In this document: positions 63,237 through 64,000 of the stretch, one piece after another
How positions within the stretch are numbered: position 1 is the first letter of the stretch
Layout of the letters: every line of letters begins with the position of its first letter
Translations under genes and position numbers: made by a program
Assembly: GCA_017399105.1 (NCBI GenBank)
Contig: JAFQEJ010000033.1
Location: 2,770 to 66,769, forward strand
DNA: 64,000 bases
DNA from: Clostridia bacterium
GTDB taxonomy: Bacteria > Bacillota > Clostridia > Oscillospirales > CAG-272
Direction: 5' to 3'
The notes under the pieces: generated by a model
Databases searched by the model: none
Seen by the model: the letters and a program-made list of their open reading frames with translations, nothing else
What the model was told of the DNA's origin: nothing

Positions 63237-64000
63237 ATGGCAATTTCAACCGTATATGCAAGCTCTGTGGCACCCCTTGACAGCAATGTACGCACCGGCG
63301 GCGGTACCGATGCAACAGCGGCACTTCAGGCTGTTCTCGACCGCGCGAGAGAAGAAGGCGGCATCCATCTGATTATGGACGGCGCGGCGCTGATTTCTCA
63401 GCTTGTTGTCTATTCCAATACCACAATCGAGTGTCTCAACCAGGACTGCGGCTTCTTCCAGATCGCTCAGTCCAACCGCGCTATGATCACCAATGCGCAC
63501 TGGGATCGCAAGGGCATTCAGGATCGCAACATCACGCTGATTGGCGGTACCTACAATCAGGACTGCCGCAATCAGATGCATGATGTTCCCATGGATTTCA
63601 CAGGGCTTGACTATGTATGCCCCGATGATTTTGCCGGCAATCACTGGATCTTCGCCATCGAATTTTACGGCGTTGAAAATGTACTCCTGCGTGACCTGCT
63701 CATCCTCGATTTCCGTACCTTCTGCATCACCATCGGCAACTTCCGCCGTGTTACCCTCGAGCGTGTATGGGTGGACCTCCCCAACCGTATGCAGGCGCAG
63801 AATCAGGACGGCTTCCACTTCTGGGGTCCCGGTCAGTTCCTCACCATCCGCGACTGCGGCGGCAAGGTAGGCGATGACTTCATGAATATCGGTCCCGACG
63901 AGTCTGACGGCGTTTCCTCGATCACCGACGTGCTGGTAGACGGTATCTTCCTTGACGACGCAGACCAGGCGATCCGCATTCTTTCCTATAAGGAAGGTCT
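63237..64000 (+). CDS. Right-handed beta-helix (pectate-lyase-superfamily/GH28-like) protein, 3' end beyond the window
   Basis: Not in the ORF track because it never terminates. ATG at 63237 lies 6 nt after AGAGGAG, and the frame read by hand stays open to 64000. GGGTDATAALQAVLDRA is typical of the Pectate_lyase_3 N-terminus. Periodic beta-helix pattern. Confidence 0.7.
   Translation, partial: MAISTVYASSVAPLDSNVRTGGGTDATAALQAVLDRAREEGGIHLIMDGAALISQLVVYSNTTIECLNQDCGFFQIAQSNRAMITNAHWDRKGIQDRNITLIGGTYNQDCRNQMHDVPMDFTGLDYVCPDDFAGNHWIFAIEFYGVENVLLRDLLILDFRTFCITIGNFRRVTLERVWVDLPNRMQAQNQDGFHFWGPGQFLTIRDCGGKVGDDFMNIGPDESDGVSSITDVLVDGIFLDDADQAIRILSYKEG

Noticed and set aside
63246-63818. 190-aa minus-strand ORF, the only tracked ORF at the right end
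   Set aside because: The plus-strand frame from ATG 63237, with an AGAGGAG RBS, is open to the window end and encodes a recognisable pectate-lyase-fold N-terminus. The tracked ORF is its antisense shadow.
1-64000. Search for tRNA/rRNA genes, transposases, integrases, phage genes, cas genes or known defence systems (RM, Abi, CBASS, retron and similar)
   Set aside because: No ORF translation showed the corresponding motifs, and no intergenic segment showed a cloverleaf-like tRNA pattern on inspection by eye. A tRNAscan, Infernal or DefenseFinder run would be needed to be definitive.

Overview
This looks like a chromosomal segment from a GC-rich, spore-forming Firmicute. Gene content suggests Clostridia, possibly Oscillospiraceae/Ruminococcaceae-like: dpaA/dpaB, spoVT, type III glutamine synthetase, type II pantothenate kinase. 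All calls come from reading the sequence and ORF translations by eye; no searches or computations were run.

I support about 50 protein genes.
- Housekeeping: hprK, phosphoglucomutase, prmC, pgk, tpiA, glnN, cysS, cysE, secG, rnr, mnmE, ldhA-like.
- Sporulation: dpaAB, spoVT.
- A scattered glycan-utilisation theme: GH2, GH3, GH31, an (alpha/alpha)6-like hydrolase, a pectate-lyase-fold protein, a CBM9-like protein, three or four SGNH esterases, two orphan solute-binding lipoproteins and a 1297-aa lipoprotein.

I saw no rRNA, tRNA, CRISPR/cas, transposase, integrase, phage or recognisable defence genes. I did not find a convincing new multi-gene protein system.

The structure left unexplained by the genes is mostly non-coding:
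1. A hairpin-bounded element of about 160 nt with terminal inverted repeats occurs in 4 copies. Three of them start 7-12 nt after a same-strand stop codon, and two copies differ by compensatory base-pair changes.
2. A second conserved module follows the stop codons of hprK, tpiA, cysS and mnmE on the sense strand. Behind mnmE it is amplified into a 66-bp tandem array of 6 full units plus a partial seventh.
3. Further GC-rich palindromic units lie around tpiA and between cysE and cysS.
4. A terminator-containing leader of about 185 nt, matching no riboswitch class I recognise, precedes an ECF S-component plus fused-kinase operon.
5. A Cys T-box precedes cysE, and an attenuator-like leader precedes glnN.
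6. An AT-rich island of about 3 kb (40.35-43.36 kb) carries a broken BNR-like gene, a double-GNAT gene and a possible tiny antisense RNA.

Protein-level oddities include an ABC ATPase with every catalytic motif degenerate, a pgk with an insertion of about 35-40 aa, and a radical-SAM gene translationally coupled to rnr.
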